From NCBI RefSeq assembly GCF_009914755.1, contig NC_060931.1: 64,000 bases of DNA; one strand, 5' to 3'. This stretch comes from the human T2T-CHM13v2.0 reference genome, Homo sapiens. Each line of letters starts with the position of its first letter. Positions within the stretch are counted from its first letter, which is position 1. Shown here piece by piece: positions 27,490 through 41,512 of this stretch. The notes under the pieces are model-generated. The model worked only from the letters and a program-made list of their open reading frames with translations. It ran no database searches and was not told the origin of the DNA. Position numbers and translations under genes: made by a program.

Positions 27490-28922
27490 TAAAGTAAAGT
27501 GAGTTGGGCTGCCATTTTCCGACCTTTATGGTTATCAAATCCCATTGAACAAGGATCACATCTTTTTTATTGCCGCAAGAAAAGATTTTCACTTAATAGG
27601 TGCAGGTTTAAAAATGAACTGGAAGCAGCTTAATTCACTAGGGATCACAAAGGCTACATTCTTTTTTCTCAATTCATCATGATAGTTCAATTCTTTGATC
27701 TACTTATTACAGAGCTAGTTCACAGCTATACTCTGTTTTTCTTAATTTTTCACTTATTCAAGAAAAATATAGTCAAGGCAACAAATGAAAATACAATTTT
27801 GCCTTTGTGCTTTTTGCTTCACCCTTAGGAAGCATAATGCTAGTTCATCACACCAGTCAATATGGAATATTTGCTGAGTGAAAAATAAAGCTCTCAAGTG
27901 TGCCTAATATAGCAAGCTATGACATAAAGGATAATAGGGAAGATTTCAGGGAAGAACTCAATAATAATCCCAAAAAGTTTAATAAGTTATAAAAGGTAGC
28001 TCAGGTCAACTTGGCTGAAAATGAGATCTAGTGACAATATGTTTGATAAATTTGAAAGAAATTTTGATTTTACAGTATTTTATTGTTCTGCATACCAAAA
28101 AGAGGAAATAGAAATGGAAAGAATGCATAGGGTCCCTCATAGTTTGAACAGATTAGAAAATGACTGAACTTGATTTTTTTCAGAATTTACCTTCATAAAC
28201 TGAATTTTGAATTTTGGAAAATCTTCCACCTCAAGAAGAAGGCATGAGCAAATTTTAGAATTTATTTCTGCCATCTTATTTTTTTATTTAGTATGCTTTC
28301 TTTTTCTCCTCTTAAACTTTGCTTTTTCACTGAAAAGCTAACATATTCTTCTGTAAGTTTAAAAGTTGTACATTCTTTACCTATATAACATACAGTGGTC
28401 ACTGTTAATTTAAAACATGCACTCATTGTTTATGTTTTCCTATGATTTCTTAGACTTTTCAATATCTCTATCTGCTTCCCAACCTTGCCTTCTCAAGACT
28501 CTTTTGGTCTCTGTACCACGTCCCCAAATCCCATTATCACAATGTAGATTTTTAGTTTTAGTTGAAATAATCACTTGTTCCCTTTTTTGGTTTTTTTTTT
28601 CCTCAAAAACAAAACAAAACTTTATCAAGACACTTACCATCCTTACTTCCCCACATTGTTTACAATGCCCTCCTGGATTTATTTCTTTTATTATTTGAGT
28701 GTTTTCAATTTGAGTCTGATGTCCTTAATCTTTAATTCTAAAAATTTGTTTTCATGATTTCTTGAAATATTTTTGCTCACTGTTTTTATTCTTCCTTCTC
28801 CTGTTGACCAGATTTGATCCTTCCATTTCTATTTATATTATTTGGCTTTTCTTATCTGCTTTCTGGAAGCATTTCTGTTTTCTGAGACAGTTCTTCAATC
28901 TTATCTTTTGAATCGTACAATC

Positions 28923-29318
28923 TGTGTCCGTTTTTGCATTGCTATAAAGGAACACGTGAGGCTGGGAAATGTATAAAGAAAAATGTTTATTTAGTTCATG
29001 GTTCTGCAGGCTGTACAAGTATGGAACCAGCATCTGCTTGGCTTCTGGTGAGGCCTCAAGAAGCTTCCACTGATGGTGGAAGGCAAAGTGGGAGCAGGCA
29101 TGTCACATAGTGAGAGAGGGAGCAAGAGAGATGCCAGGCTCTTAAACCAAGCTCTCCTGTGAACTAATAGAGGGAGAACTCACCACAGGGAAGGCACCAA
29201 GCCATTCATGAGTGATCCACACCTGCAACCCAAATACCTCCCAGCAGGCCCCACCTCCAACATTGGGGATCATATTTCAACATGAGATTTGGAGGGGGCA
29301 AATATCCAAATTATATCA
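28923..29318 (-). mobile_element. MSTA/MSTB MaLR solo LTR (within an old antisense L1M relic)
   Basis: GCATTGCTATAAAGGAA...GGCTTCTGGTGAGGCCTC...CAACATGAGATTTGGAGGGG...ATATCA; flanks CAATC/AAATC. Confidence 0.88.
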
Positions 29319-32300
29319 AAATCCTTCTTACGCTATAGCTTTGTTGCTGTCTCATCCGTTGTTTCTTGTATTTCAGTTATTTATTTAATGCTGCATGTAT
29401 AACTTAAATGCTCATGCCCCTTCACTTAAAAACTATGTATATTTTTATTTACTTCTGATATTTTTTACCATATTTCCTCTTTGTTCTTTTTAATGACTTC
29501 TTTTTCACATTTTATTTTGCTACTATCTTCCATTATTTCCTTGAGTATATTGCTGGCATGCTTATTTTAAATTCCTCATCTATCAGTTTTGGTAGCATGA
29601 TATATATTGTTCAGTTTGTTGCCTTTCTTTTGAAGTAGCTGTATTTTTTGTGCATTCTCTATTTTGTCCTTTGAGCTTAAGTCCTCCTGCAGACATTATT
29701 TATTCCAGCTAGTATGATGTTTGGGGAAGGTCAGTCCTTTCAGGTGAATCCAAGGAGAAGGGACAGAATGTGCTCCAAACATGAAGAAACCACTTTTGGT
29801 CACTTCCCTTTGTAGCCAGGTAACTTCCCTGGTCAGAATTTCACCCCCTAAACTCTCTTAGGCATAAAAGCACAGGGAGGAAGCACATCTTCCTCCGTTA
29901 TATGTCATCAAGGCTGAAGGTTGACAGACAGTAGGGTGGAGGAGTGAATGCCACATGTGACCAGTAACTCCATACAGTTTTTCCTCCTTTCTCCCAAGAA
30001 ATTTAGCAATCTGAATCCTGGGCCTGGGCTTAGCATCCTTAACATGGAAGGAACAACCAATAATTGCCCTAGAGGAAGACAGGGGAGAGTTAGGAGGAAA
30101 ACGAAAATATTTTCCTTCAGCCTGTCCTCTCAAATAGCCTCCAACAACTCCCCTCCCCCAACTCCACTTATCCCTGACCGTGGCTACCACTGGTCAGACC
30201 AGTTCACAATAGCTCTAGACTCCCTTTCAAAGAGGTGTTTGTTATTTTTCTTTGTTATCAAATTCTTGCTTCATTCTCATTTCACCTGGGCTAGTGAATC
30301 ATCTTAACAGGAAACTGAAGCTCTTAGGTATTTTAAATAATTTTTAAAGTATTTTTCCTCTTTGTATGTAAGTGCCGCTCCCCCTACCCTGATACAAATA
30401 ACAGGCTAATTTTTATGATAGTTTTTATTTATGTATTTCCTGAAAATAAATGAAAAAAGAAATCTCCTTGTGATCTGGTTTTCTTTAGATTTTCATGCTT
30501 CATTCACTATCTCCTTTCTTATTCATATTTTTGTCTTTTCTGTGAGACAGATGCAAGCTGCGGTTGTAGCATAGGAAAGCATGCAGTTCTTGTCATTTTC
30601 ATCCTCTCCTTGGGATTTATCTTTTCAAGATCTTGCCTGATTATTCTGGACAATACTGTTATCTCCTCAGAGGGAGGTAGTGCAGCTTCCTGGGTCAATG
30701 TGGAGAAAGTGATTGTTTCCTTACTAGTTCAAAGTTACGCTTGATGATACAGATAAGTTTCAGAAAACAAGAGGATATTTATTTACCCTTCAACTGATGT
30801 ACTTGTTATTTCAGTTAAAACAAATAGATTATAACTCATCTGTTAAATTACTTAACCATCCTCAGAAATACTGCTTTCTACTGGTATTTTTAGATGTGAA
30901 AAAATACACAGAAACTTCTCACTGCTAATGTGGAGGACAAAACCAAACCCACTTTAAAAACTACCCACGCTATACCAGCATGTTATTAAACACTGTCCTT
31001 AAATTCCACAAAACATAATTTTGTGTGTGTGTGTGTATGTGCACGTGTGTGTGTACTGAGTACTGAATTCAAAGCCCAAATGACTTAGTTAAATCAGTAG
31101 TGATTTATGTACTGTGTGATGAGGCAAGCCCACTAAACTAGTTATCAGTGAACATTTATAGAACATTCTGGCAGCTAAAGAAGGTATGAAGGCAATAACA
31201 GATATAACTATGAGCTCATTTATTTCCAATTAGGTCTTCTGCTGAGATACTTTATCTGTTAAAGCTTTGGAGAGAGTAAAAAAAATCAAGAAATGCAAAT
31301 TTGAGGAATAATGGAAAATAGAAGCTTTGTAAACTATTTTTAATGCCCTTCTACATAATAAAATATTTAAAAATTTTAGTGTTAGATGTTTCCCAAGGAT
31401 GTTCAAACCTAAAATCAGAGGAAGTTTTGAAAGGGAAAAATTCGCAAATGTAATATTTGCTTACTATACCATTTGATCTGATTTTAAATCAACTCTATTT
31501 GTTGCTGTTAAGACAATATCATTTACTTGATGAGTATAATAAATCTAATTTTAAGAAATATTTTATTTTAAAATGTCTTCCCTTAAAAAGCTCTTAATTA
31601 TAAAACTTCAGTTTGTATCTATAAATTCACGAGTAAAATTCTTTCACAAATATTCTAACTATAACTTTTGGTTAAATGCATCTATGTCTGTCTTAAAACA
31701 CAGGTCATAAAGATTAACTGCAAGAAATGTCATAAATTTAAATTCGGTTCTTAGAGCAAAAAGTCACAAGTCATCCCTTCATCCGTTGTAAATCACAAAA
31801 TAAGTTACCCAACAGAGAGGCAACTGTAATATCTGTAACTTTTTATGATGTCTGAAGATTCTTTGTACTTCTGACCATATTTGACTATTTTTATGAAAAT
31901 GTATCGCTGAAGAGATTTGTGACTTCTGGCAGAAAAGCTTGTCCAAAGCCTTATTTTGTCCAGTCAAGACATAAATTAATTCATTGTTTGATCAGCCATC
32001 CCATATTTGAAGATGTTAGATTTGTTGCTATTCCATATTTGACATCAGATATAAAGTTATATGAAGATGATTCCTTGCATATAATCAGCTCCCTATAAAT
32101 GTCTCTTCGATTGAATTGAATCAAAGGTCATTAAAAAAATTTTAACTGCATGAAGAAATTGCCTGAGTCTACTTTATCCCTAACTGCTATAAGCCAGCCA
32201 CTCTACTTTGCAATGATATATACATGATATAGGTAAATATTATACAAATGATCATTTGTTTTCCAGTAAATGCAATAGACAGATGTCATAATCTGAATTT

Positions 32301-35300
32301 CTGGATAAGGGCCACTTTGATAGAGATAGGGAAATCTGGGATACCGTAGCCTTTTTTCAAGTCAGATTTGTAAGTTCTAAATCACCAGCTCTCTACCACC
32401 GCTGCACTGGCCTTCAGGGGACCATTCTTCCATCTCCAGTGCTTGCAGTTCCCTCTCACATCAATACAATCAGCAAATGTGCACAGAGGGCAGAGGAGAA
32501 CTGTGGCAAAGAGAGGAATGGTGTTATGTACAAGATTCCTTTTAAAAAGATGCATATATCCCTTATTCATTTTGGAAATATGACACAGTTGTAGGGATGA
32601 AGTTAGCCTCATTTGTCGTCAATATTTATGCACTGCCTTTGATAATGTTGGGTGAGATTGCTTATATATTCCCAAGGTAAAAATGAGTAATGTCTTTGGA
32701 AGAAAGTATAAAGTGACAGTATGGTTTTTCAACCTTAGGAAGTGTTCTTCCCCTGATCTTCATTTTATGTCCAAAACTGCAGGCTACGAAGCAGACCTTG
32801 TAAAAGGCTTTTGACTGAGCATCTGGCCCTTCGCTAGGCCCGGGAGATTTATGTCAGCTGTAGAAAGAATGTGAATAAAAGTCTTCTCCTGAGAGTTTGT
32901 AAAAAGAGTTGACGTATTACTTAACCTACTTTTGCTTGAATTAAATTTTAAAATTGCATCAGGGTGTTCATTTTAAAGTATGATTTTATATAAATAGAAA
33001 TTATAAATAACCAGCATGTAATTGAATAAACTTGTGACCAAAGCTGACTTACTTTAAAAACTTTTATAATAACTGCAAAGTAATCAGCCCACATTGATGT
33101 TAGATTGCACTAATACTCTTTATAGCAACTTTGTGTCTTTTTAAAAAGCAATTCATTCACTCATTCATTCATTCCTTCATTCCCAACTTGGTTCTATTAA
33201 AAGATTTGTCAAGTCATTTTGTACATTCGTTAATTCTGAAGGCTGAACTTGGATGATTATCCTAAATGTAAAGAAAACTATTCATTAATGATGATCATCT
33301 TTATCTGGCCAAAATGATAACTTAAGCAGATGACTCTAAGCCTCAAAAAGGCAAGCAATGTGTTTGCATTTCCAGAGCCTCACAGAGTTCCTGGCGCATG
33401 GCAGATGCTCAAAAATGTTTATCAGTGAATCGTTGTCTATCATCCTTATTTTAATTAAAGGTACCTCATTAATAATAACTTATTAAAAACTGCCATTTGG
33501 GGAAGATATGATTTAAGAGCAGGTTCTACAACAGAAGATAGTATTATGGATTTACATATTCCATCATTGTTAATTCAGGCATATTTTCCCTTCTGAACTA
33601 GGGTAATGAACGCATAGACATATGCAAATATAATTAACTAACATAATGCTTTATATAGGTAGATGCTATATAATGCTTTATATAGGTATACACATATATG
33701 TGTATATATGCCTACATATATATATATAATGTATTATGACAGTGTAAAGGTAAAACCTAACACTAATGAATAAATTTGCTAATTATTATTGCCTTTAATA
33801 CTAGAAAATCAGTAGGCAAGTGTTAATTATATATCCAGAAAAATGGAGGTAAGCTAATACTCAGGGATTTCAGTGTGAAATCAGGTGAGGTAAGTTCATT
33901 CCTTCTTCCCTCCTTCTGGATGCTTGAAAGATGGAAAAGTTCCTCAATAGTACTTTGGAGGATAGAATGTATGTTTCCCTTCTCAGCTCCTCCCCTTCAC
34001 CTGTCCTGTTCACAGCCTGCTTCTCCCTGGAGCCATCAAGGGAAGGTATATGCTGGGATGAGGATGGGACCCAGTTATGGACTTGAAAAGAGCAAGTGTT
34101 GTTTCTCTGAACTGGATCCTGGAAGTGTATTGCCCGTGAACTTCACAGAAGCTCTTAAAAATTAATCTCTGCGGGCTCTTCCTCTTTCTGCCGTTGCCCA
34201 GCACAGTAATGTCACTCTGATTTCTGTTACACCTTGCCGATAACAAGTTTATAAAATAAACAAGTGTTTAGAGTAAAAACCAAGCCTGGGAAAAGAGGTC
34301 TAGTGTAAGCAATCTTTCAAAGCACTTTAAGCGTCCATAGAGAGCAGCACCATCTTAATTTTTTAGTTTCTTATTATTTCTTTAATAGATGAGCCAGCTA
34401 AGCCGTAGAGATGTTCGAAGACAGAACAGCTGTATTCCCTTTCTTCACTACCCTCATGCAAGAAAGGATTGTTAAGATGGATCTTTGGGAAATGGACCAT
34501 GAATTAAGGCAAAACTCCCTGCAGTCTTCCTAAATGTTTTCATTTCTGTACAGACACCTAGAGAGTTATTGAATTTAATTTTATAAATCTTTATCCCTAA
34601 GACTTTAACAACAAGGCTTAACTTTTTCATCACTGTGGTAATGTTAAATATCTTCTGATGACAGGAAAATATATTGGAAGGAAAAAATCACATGAAGTCA
34701 GCAAACAGGAGAACAAAAACCAAGAGGAAAAATCTACTTGCCTAAATCTTTTTGAAATCCTTAAAAGAAGAGAGTTTGCTTATTCTTTATTTATGTAGGA
34801 AACAAATCTTCAGTGCCTGGCATAGTAGCTAATATTCAGCCGATTCAGGGAGAGAGAAATGAATTAGAATAGAGACTCCACTCATCAAATTGCTGAAAAG
34901 AATAATTAGTAATAAAAATAACTCCTTTACAAAGTGGTATGTGGGTGCAAAGTAATAACAGTGAAAATAATGGCAGTAATTGTCTCCAAAAATTAATCGC
35001 TTTAATGCTTAAGTTTATTACAGAATATTTACTCAGTGGGGAAGTTAAATGATTTTTACACTTTTACTTTGGGTATAGAAAAAAAGTAAGTTTTTACCAG
35101 TACGTTTTGAAACTTATTAAATGTATATCATTTTTGAGATTTTTATTAACAATATCCTTTATTCCTTGAGATCTGTCTCAAAGGCTGACAAATTCTAAAT
35201 ATAAAATATCCTCAAATGTGCCAACTAGGTAAAACTGATTTGTCTGCTGAAGGAAGACAGGCTTTTGCTCCCTTCAGGAGAAAATCTGACTTGCATTTGT

Positions 35301-35449
35301 CTTATGTGATTTATTCATTGTAAGTTTAAAATGAAATACAGCCTTTTTCCTTCCATATATTAAAATGTGGTTTCAAATTTAGAAGAAACAGCAATCTTTT
35401 TTCACTAAGGAAGCCTACATAGCAGTGAGATGGAGCAAAACAATTACTG

Positions 35450-35468
35450 TATTGCCCCCTAGTGGTCT
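35450..35468 (-). promoter_or_regulatory. CTCF motif (minus strand GACCACTAGGGGGCAAT)
   Basis: Near-consensus CCACYAGRGGGC core in non-repeat DNA. Confidence 0.65.
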
Positions 35469-37002
35469 TTTTTGCTATTGTACAAATAGTCTGAGCTGTC
35501 CAATGGCAAGAGGAAAAAAGGCAAAAATGCTTAGCAAAGCATGGAGCATTTTTCCCCCATTGGATTAAACATATTTATTTTAAAAAAGTTATTTTATAAC
35601 CCATACTTACAGTAAGAAAGCTGTGCTTTTAAGTAGATTGCGAATGATGATAATTCCTCACTACAATTTAAATTACCTAGGCCACACAATTATTTGGAAT
35701 GATTTCAGCATTTGCCAGCCACTGGACATTGTTTTTTCACTTAAGAACACTTTGTAAAATTTAATATGCAGTGCTATTAAAGAATGATATCCCTCAGATG
35801 ACTATATGTTAAGAAAATTCATTCTTCCAGCTCAAATTCATATCATAAAATATAATAATCTTAATTTTTTTCTATGGAAAAGTTAAGCCTATTAGTCATA
35901 AACTTGTGAGTATACATTTAAGTGAAGAAATGTACATTTTGTAATGTTTTTTTCATATAAGGAAATTCAATGATATTTTCTAGAGCTCTTTCTCCTCAAG
36001 GAATTTACTTGAGAGTGGTATAAATATGCAAAGTACACAAATATAGGATATTTTTATGGAATATGGAATATTGACTTAGAAGAAATGACTTATAAACATG
36101 CTATACTGTCTTATGTGTAGATCATACAAAATATGTCAGGGATGTTGGACTGATTTCCATAAAACTCTAGTCTAAGCCAGTCACCACAAGCTCAAAAACA
36201 CCACCCTGTCCCATTGCCCAAAAATTAAGACCTAAACTTTTTTCCTTGGAAAAACAACAACAACAAAAAAGATTTTGCAACACATAGTTTTAAACTTACT
36301 ACACAATACCAGTTTTAAAATTACTGTACAGTTAGAGCTGGCATTTTATACTTAACATGTAAGACTGCACTACTGTACCCATGAATCTTTTGTGTTACTT
36401 CTATTTGATTACAACCTGAGCCTCAAATCTGCTGTTAACTGGAATTCCTTTAAATTATCTAAATGACCTGATATTATGATATAGAACTGAAAATTTGTGT
36501 TTTATTTCTCTGAGTGCTACTGAGGCAGCAGAAATGGATTCTCTCCCAGGACTCTTCAGATATATTTTGTATTCTCTACCTTCTGCAACATAAAGACGTA
36601 TTTCATTGCTTTTGTTAGATCTCTATGGAGCGTCTGCCTATAGGGCGGTCATTCTCTCATTGCGTCACTGGCTGACACAGAGCATTCCTATACACATCAC
36701 TCTGTCTTCTTTGTCTCAAAACAATTTGTCCTTTCACTCCCTATTCCTAGCCTGTAAAAGCAGTTCTTAGAAGCTCGATGAAGCAAGTCTTTAAAATTTA
36801 GAGAAAGGGACTTCAAACAGGAGAGGAAATTCCAAGCATCCCTTTATTTACATATATATCCGTATTCATATGCACTATGTTTCCCCTCTACATCAGCTTC
36901 TTCTTATTTGGTCTCTAGTTTTCCGGAATCTAACAGTTCCAGGTACCATAGCCTCATCAATCTGTTTAAAAAACATACTGTTCCAAACTGATGCTTTGGT
37001 AG

Positions 37003-37047
37003 AAATTTCTAGTAGAATAACTTCTGAATAACTTCTACTAGAAATTT
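37003..37047. repeat. Perfect 15-bp inverted repeat with 15-nt spacer
   Basis: AAATTTCTAGTAGAA ... TTCTACTAGAAATTT. Confidence 0.9.
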
Positions 37048-37554
37048 TTTCAGATATATTTGAAAGGTATAAGAATTTTTCTATGTGCTTGATTACTCAG
37101 ATTATCTACATGAAGAATATTTGTTCAAATCACACACAGAGAAATCATTACTTTAAACTCAGAAGTCACAGAAGAAAAACATTATGCTAAGGAAATATAT
37201 TTCATTTTCATGCCTTCAAGGAGTTACTGTTAAAGAAATGTGATTTTACAACATGAATAGGACGATGATTACATCCTTTCAGGCTGAGTAATAAGCAAAT
37301 ATCCAATTGCATTTTTACTTTAAAGGAGAGAGAAATAAATCACCAGCATTAGATCTATAGCACTGGATATGCAGGAAAGAAAAGAAAAATCCCAAGCCAT
37401 ACTTCTACAGGTCTGGGGATCGGTGTGCAGTAAGAAAGTCCTTGTACAAACTCTGTGACCTTAGACAAATCTGCTTACATCTATGGACCACTTTCCATGT
37501 CTATAAAATAGGGATGGTTTTCCTATGAGTTAAATTAGCCTTTTGATTCCTGCT

Positions 37555-38420
37555 ACAAGTATTTACCGGCTACCTCTTATATGCTAGATGTTATGTTGGG
37601 CTCCAGTAGCATAGCAGGAAACAAGGCAAAGTCCCTGCCTTTGTAAAGTTTATTCTTGTATGGAATGACAGATGAAAAACAGATAATTAATTATACACAT
37701 ATAAAGAAATTCAGATAGTTACAGGTATTTAATATATCTAAGAATGAAATGAACAGGATGGATGTTGACTAGGAACTAACTGGTCTGCCCACTTTATGAG
37801 AGGTAGAAAGATTGCCCTGAATAGGTGATATCTGAGCTATAATTCTGTGATGAGACTAAGTGCCATTTCAAGAGATGACAGTAAAATACTCCCAGCAAAA
37901 GGACAATTCCAAAGGTAGGAGAGTCTTCACATATTCAGAGAATGCCACAACCACTGACTGTGTAACATGTTGAACACAGGGTGAGTGGTAGAGAGATTGA
38001 GAGAAAGGCAAGAGCCCAATCACACAGGAGTCAGGAAAGGTAAGAAATTGAATTTTTTCCCTATGGGCAAAGGGATGCCTCTAAAAGATAGTGAACAGGA
38101 GGCTATCATAATCTGATTTACTTTTTAAGCCCATTCTGCTGCTTTGTGGAGAACAGATTGAAGAGAATTGTGAACAGAGGCAGAGAAACCAGTTGCAAGG
38201 CCATTCAGGGGTCCAGATGAGGAGCATGGTGGCTTGATCTAGGTTGGTGAGATATGGTAGTCTAAAAAAGGAGAAATGTGGATACGTTTTGAAGGTAGAA
38301 ACAAGAATTGGTGTTGGGGTGTGAGAGGCTAAAGAGAGAGGGTTCAAGGATGACTCTTCAGCCATTATTTGAATGGTGGTGCCATTGACTGAGAGATCAG
38401 ATGGGGGAGCAACCAGTCAG
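37555..38420 (-). mobile_element. L2 relic
   Basis: Antisense L2 phrases: AAAGTCCCTGCC, GGATACGTTTTGAAGGTAGA, CAAGGATGACTC, GGTGGTGCCATTGACTGAG. Confidence 0.75.
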
Positions 38421-39530
38421 GAGGAGGAATGGGAAAGAGAAATGTGAAATGAGGAGGTGGAGAGGCACACAGGTTCCTGTTCATACAGCAGCTTACCTGT
38501 TGAGGCTGGTTCTTACTCATCTACCTCTTCTCAGCCCTTGGTTGCTCTGTAACCTGACTGAAGGCCCTACCAGAAAATTTTTCTCCTGGACAATTTGGTG
38601 ATTCTTTTTCCATTCACTTCCTCTCTCTGCCTTTCTTCTCCCCAGTCACTGTAACCCCTATTTCCAACAGAAGTATCCTACCACTTCTAAATGAATAGAA
38701 GAATAACTGTAGCTATTTGCCCATCCTGGTGTGACAGGGAGGTTCCCACAGCTCCAGGTACCCATTGCTATAAAAACAGCCTTGGCAGGGGTGCCTGTTT
38801 CTCAGCCACCATAAAATTGGGTTATTTTCAAATAGATGGTGCCTCAAATCACAAGTCTAATCTTTTGAAGGATAGTAGAGTGGTCTAGTGTGATGTATTC
38901 AGATAAGAAGGTGAGAACATGCTTAGGAAAATGCTCACCCTAAAAAGGGTTCAATCTATTCAATGTTTGGGATGGAAGCCAGAGTGAAGTTAGAGAAGTT
39001 TGAAACAAATAACTCAATCAGAATCAGCAAGGCTTAAGTTGCATTCTAAGCACTGAAAATAAAAAAGAAAAAACACATGAGGTTCTTAGATCACCTTCTC
39101 CATATGAGAGGTGTGAGAAGGAGATGCGGGCTCCATTTCAAAAAGAGGAGAAATGAAGACAAAATTTAAACAATGATAAAAGGCAAATTGAATCAGTCAG
39201 CTTTTGCAGAGCAAATCATCTCCAAACTTAGTGACTTCAAATAAACATTTATTATTTCTCATGGTTCTATAAATTGTCTGGACCAGCTCTGCTCATCTCT
39301 ATAGGCAGATGGTGGCTAAGCGAGGCTGGGTAGTCTAGCCTGCCTTCACTCACGCTCCTAGATATTGGCTGGGTATCAGCTAGGGCCACTGGGATGACTT
39401 GGCCATGTGCCTGTCATCGTCTTGTAGTCCACCTGATGTTCCGCTACACAGTGGCAGTTTCAGGATTCTTAAGAATTGCAAGAGAACAAAGCCACTTGAA
39501 AAGGCCAAGTCCTTTCAAAGTTTTTGCTTG

Positions 39531-40012
39531 TATAGTAGATCGAATGGCTGTCCCCATAAGGATATGTCCATATCCTTACCTCCAGAACCAGTGAATATTA
39601 TCTTGTTTGGACAAAGGGCCTTGGCAGGTGTAATTAAATTAAAGATATCAACATGAGATCTTCCTAAATTATCCAGATAGGCCCTGTGCATGTCATTATA
39701 AGAGAAAGTCAGAGAGAGATTTGACACAGAAGAGAAGACACACAAAGGAGAAGATACATCTTCACATCTTCACTCATGTGAAGATGAAGACAGACAGTAG
39801 AGTTTTGCACCCACAAGCCAAGGAATGCCAACAACCACCAGAAGCGGAAAGAGGCAACGAATGAATTGTCCCTAACAGCTTTAAGAGGGAACGTGGCCAT
39901 GTGGACATCTTGACTTTTGGACTTCTAGCCTCTAAAACTGCAAGAGAATAAATTTCTCTAGTTTTAAATTGTGACGTTTGTAGCAATTTGTTACAGAAGT
40001 CCTAAAAAGCAA
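39531..40012 (+). mobile_element. MLT1C/D-like LTR nested in an older antisense MLT1 (~39205-40200)
   Basis: CCAGAACC..GTGAATAT...CACAAGCCAAGGAATGCC...GAGAATAAATTTC...GCAATTTGTTACAG; flanks read as two halves of one MLT1F/G-like LTR. Confidence 0.75.
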
Positions 40013-41184
40013 AAGGAGTTTACATCACATTTGCTAAATATCTCATTGGCCAAAGAACATCACATGAATAAGCCAAGATTAAAGGGGTGAAAAAATAGAC
40101 TCCACCACTGGATGTGAGAAGCTGCAAAGTCACACTGCGAAGGGGTGTGCATACTGGGATAGGAAGAATTTGTGACCATTTTTTTGCAAACTGCCACACT
40201 AATGAAATACTTTCATGTTATGGCAGATTACCAGCAGGTTTGGCAGGATGTAATTTAAATGTGAGAATAGGGAAATATTTAAATTGGGGGCAAGGGAAAA
40301 CAAGAGAAGTGGGAAGTGGGGACGAGTATCTTGACTGATGACTTCTCGACTAAAAGAGAAGTAAGTTTATAATGGTTATATGTCCTTCATTAAGTAAGGT
40401 ATAGAAACAGTATAATTTCACCCACAATAAATAGGTTGAAAATTCATGCATTTAATCTATATCTTCTTGCATATATAAGTTTGTTCATATGATCATGGAG
40501 CCAAAACAACTCAAGGAAAAGCAATATTGAATATTTCAGTAATCATTCACAGCTAATTCAACTCAGTTGTACTCCAGAACTGTTTGGAAATCCCTACTAT
40601 GTGCTGGGCCATATGAAGAAAGACTCAAAGAGAAATACTGGTTCTTGCTCTCAAAGAACTCTCCAGTGGGGGAGAGTTATATATTTATAAATAACTCTAA
40701 TACAGGGCAGAATGCAAGGCATGACTCAGAGTTGCAGAGACAGTGAAGAGTAGGAGAGAATTTTTCAGGCTGGAGAAAGTGAATAGGTTTCATAGAATGG
40801 ATGGTATTTTAGCTGGGCTTGGAAGAATGAGTAGGGTTTCTTTAAAAATGAAGAGGGATGTTTACATTTGCTTTGCCAAGACAGCATGAATCATGCAGGT
40901 GAAAACATAGGTTATAGTCTTGGAACTATAAACTGCCTTATTTGGCCAGAATTTGAATGTCCTTAAGAGAAGGGAGAATCCTAGGGTGGACTGAGGTGAG
41001 AGGGATGGGGAAGGAAGGAAGGAAGAGAAAGAGACACAGGATTTGTGGAGTAGGTTAGACCAGATGAAGATATACTGGAGACGAAACCTGAAGAGCTTGA
41101 ATTTCATGGAATGTAAAATGTAAAGTGACACTACTGTCATTTTACACTTCTGAATGTATTCTCAGATATAGTCTTATTTGAAAC

Positions 41185-41512
<328 letters not shown>

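Noticed and set aside
33643-33688. Short two-copy direct repeats (also ~47793-47840, 53625-53662, 54257-54283, 56178-56224)
   Set aside because: Two-copy slippage duplications; not arrays, not CRISPR-like, no spacer structure
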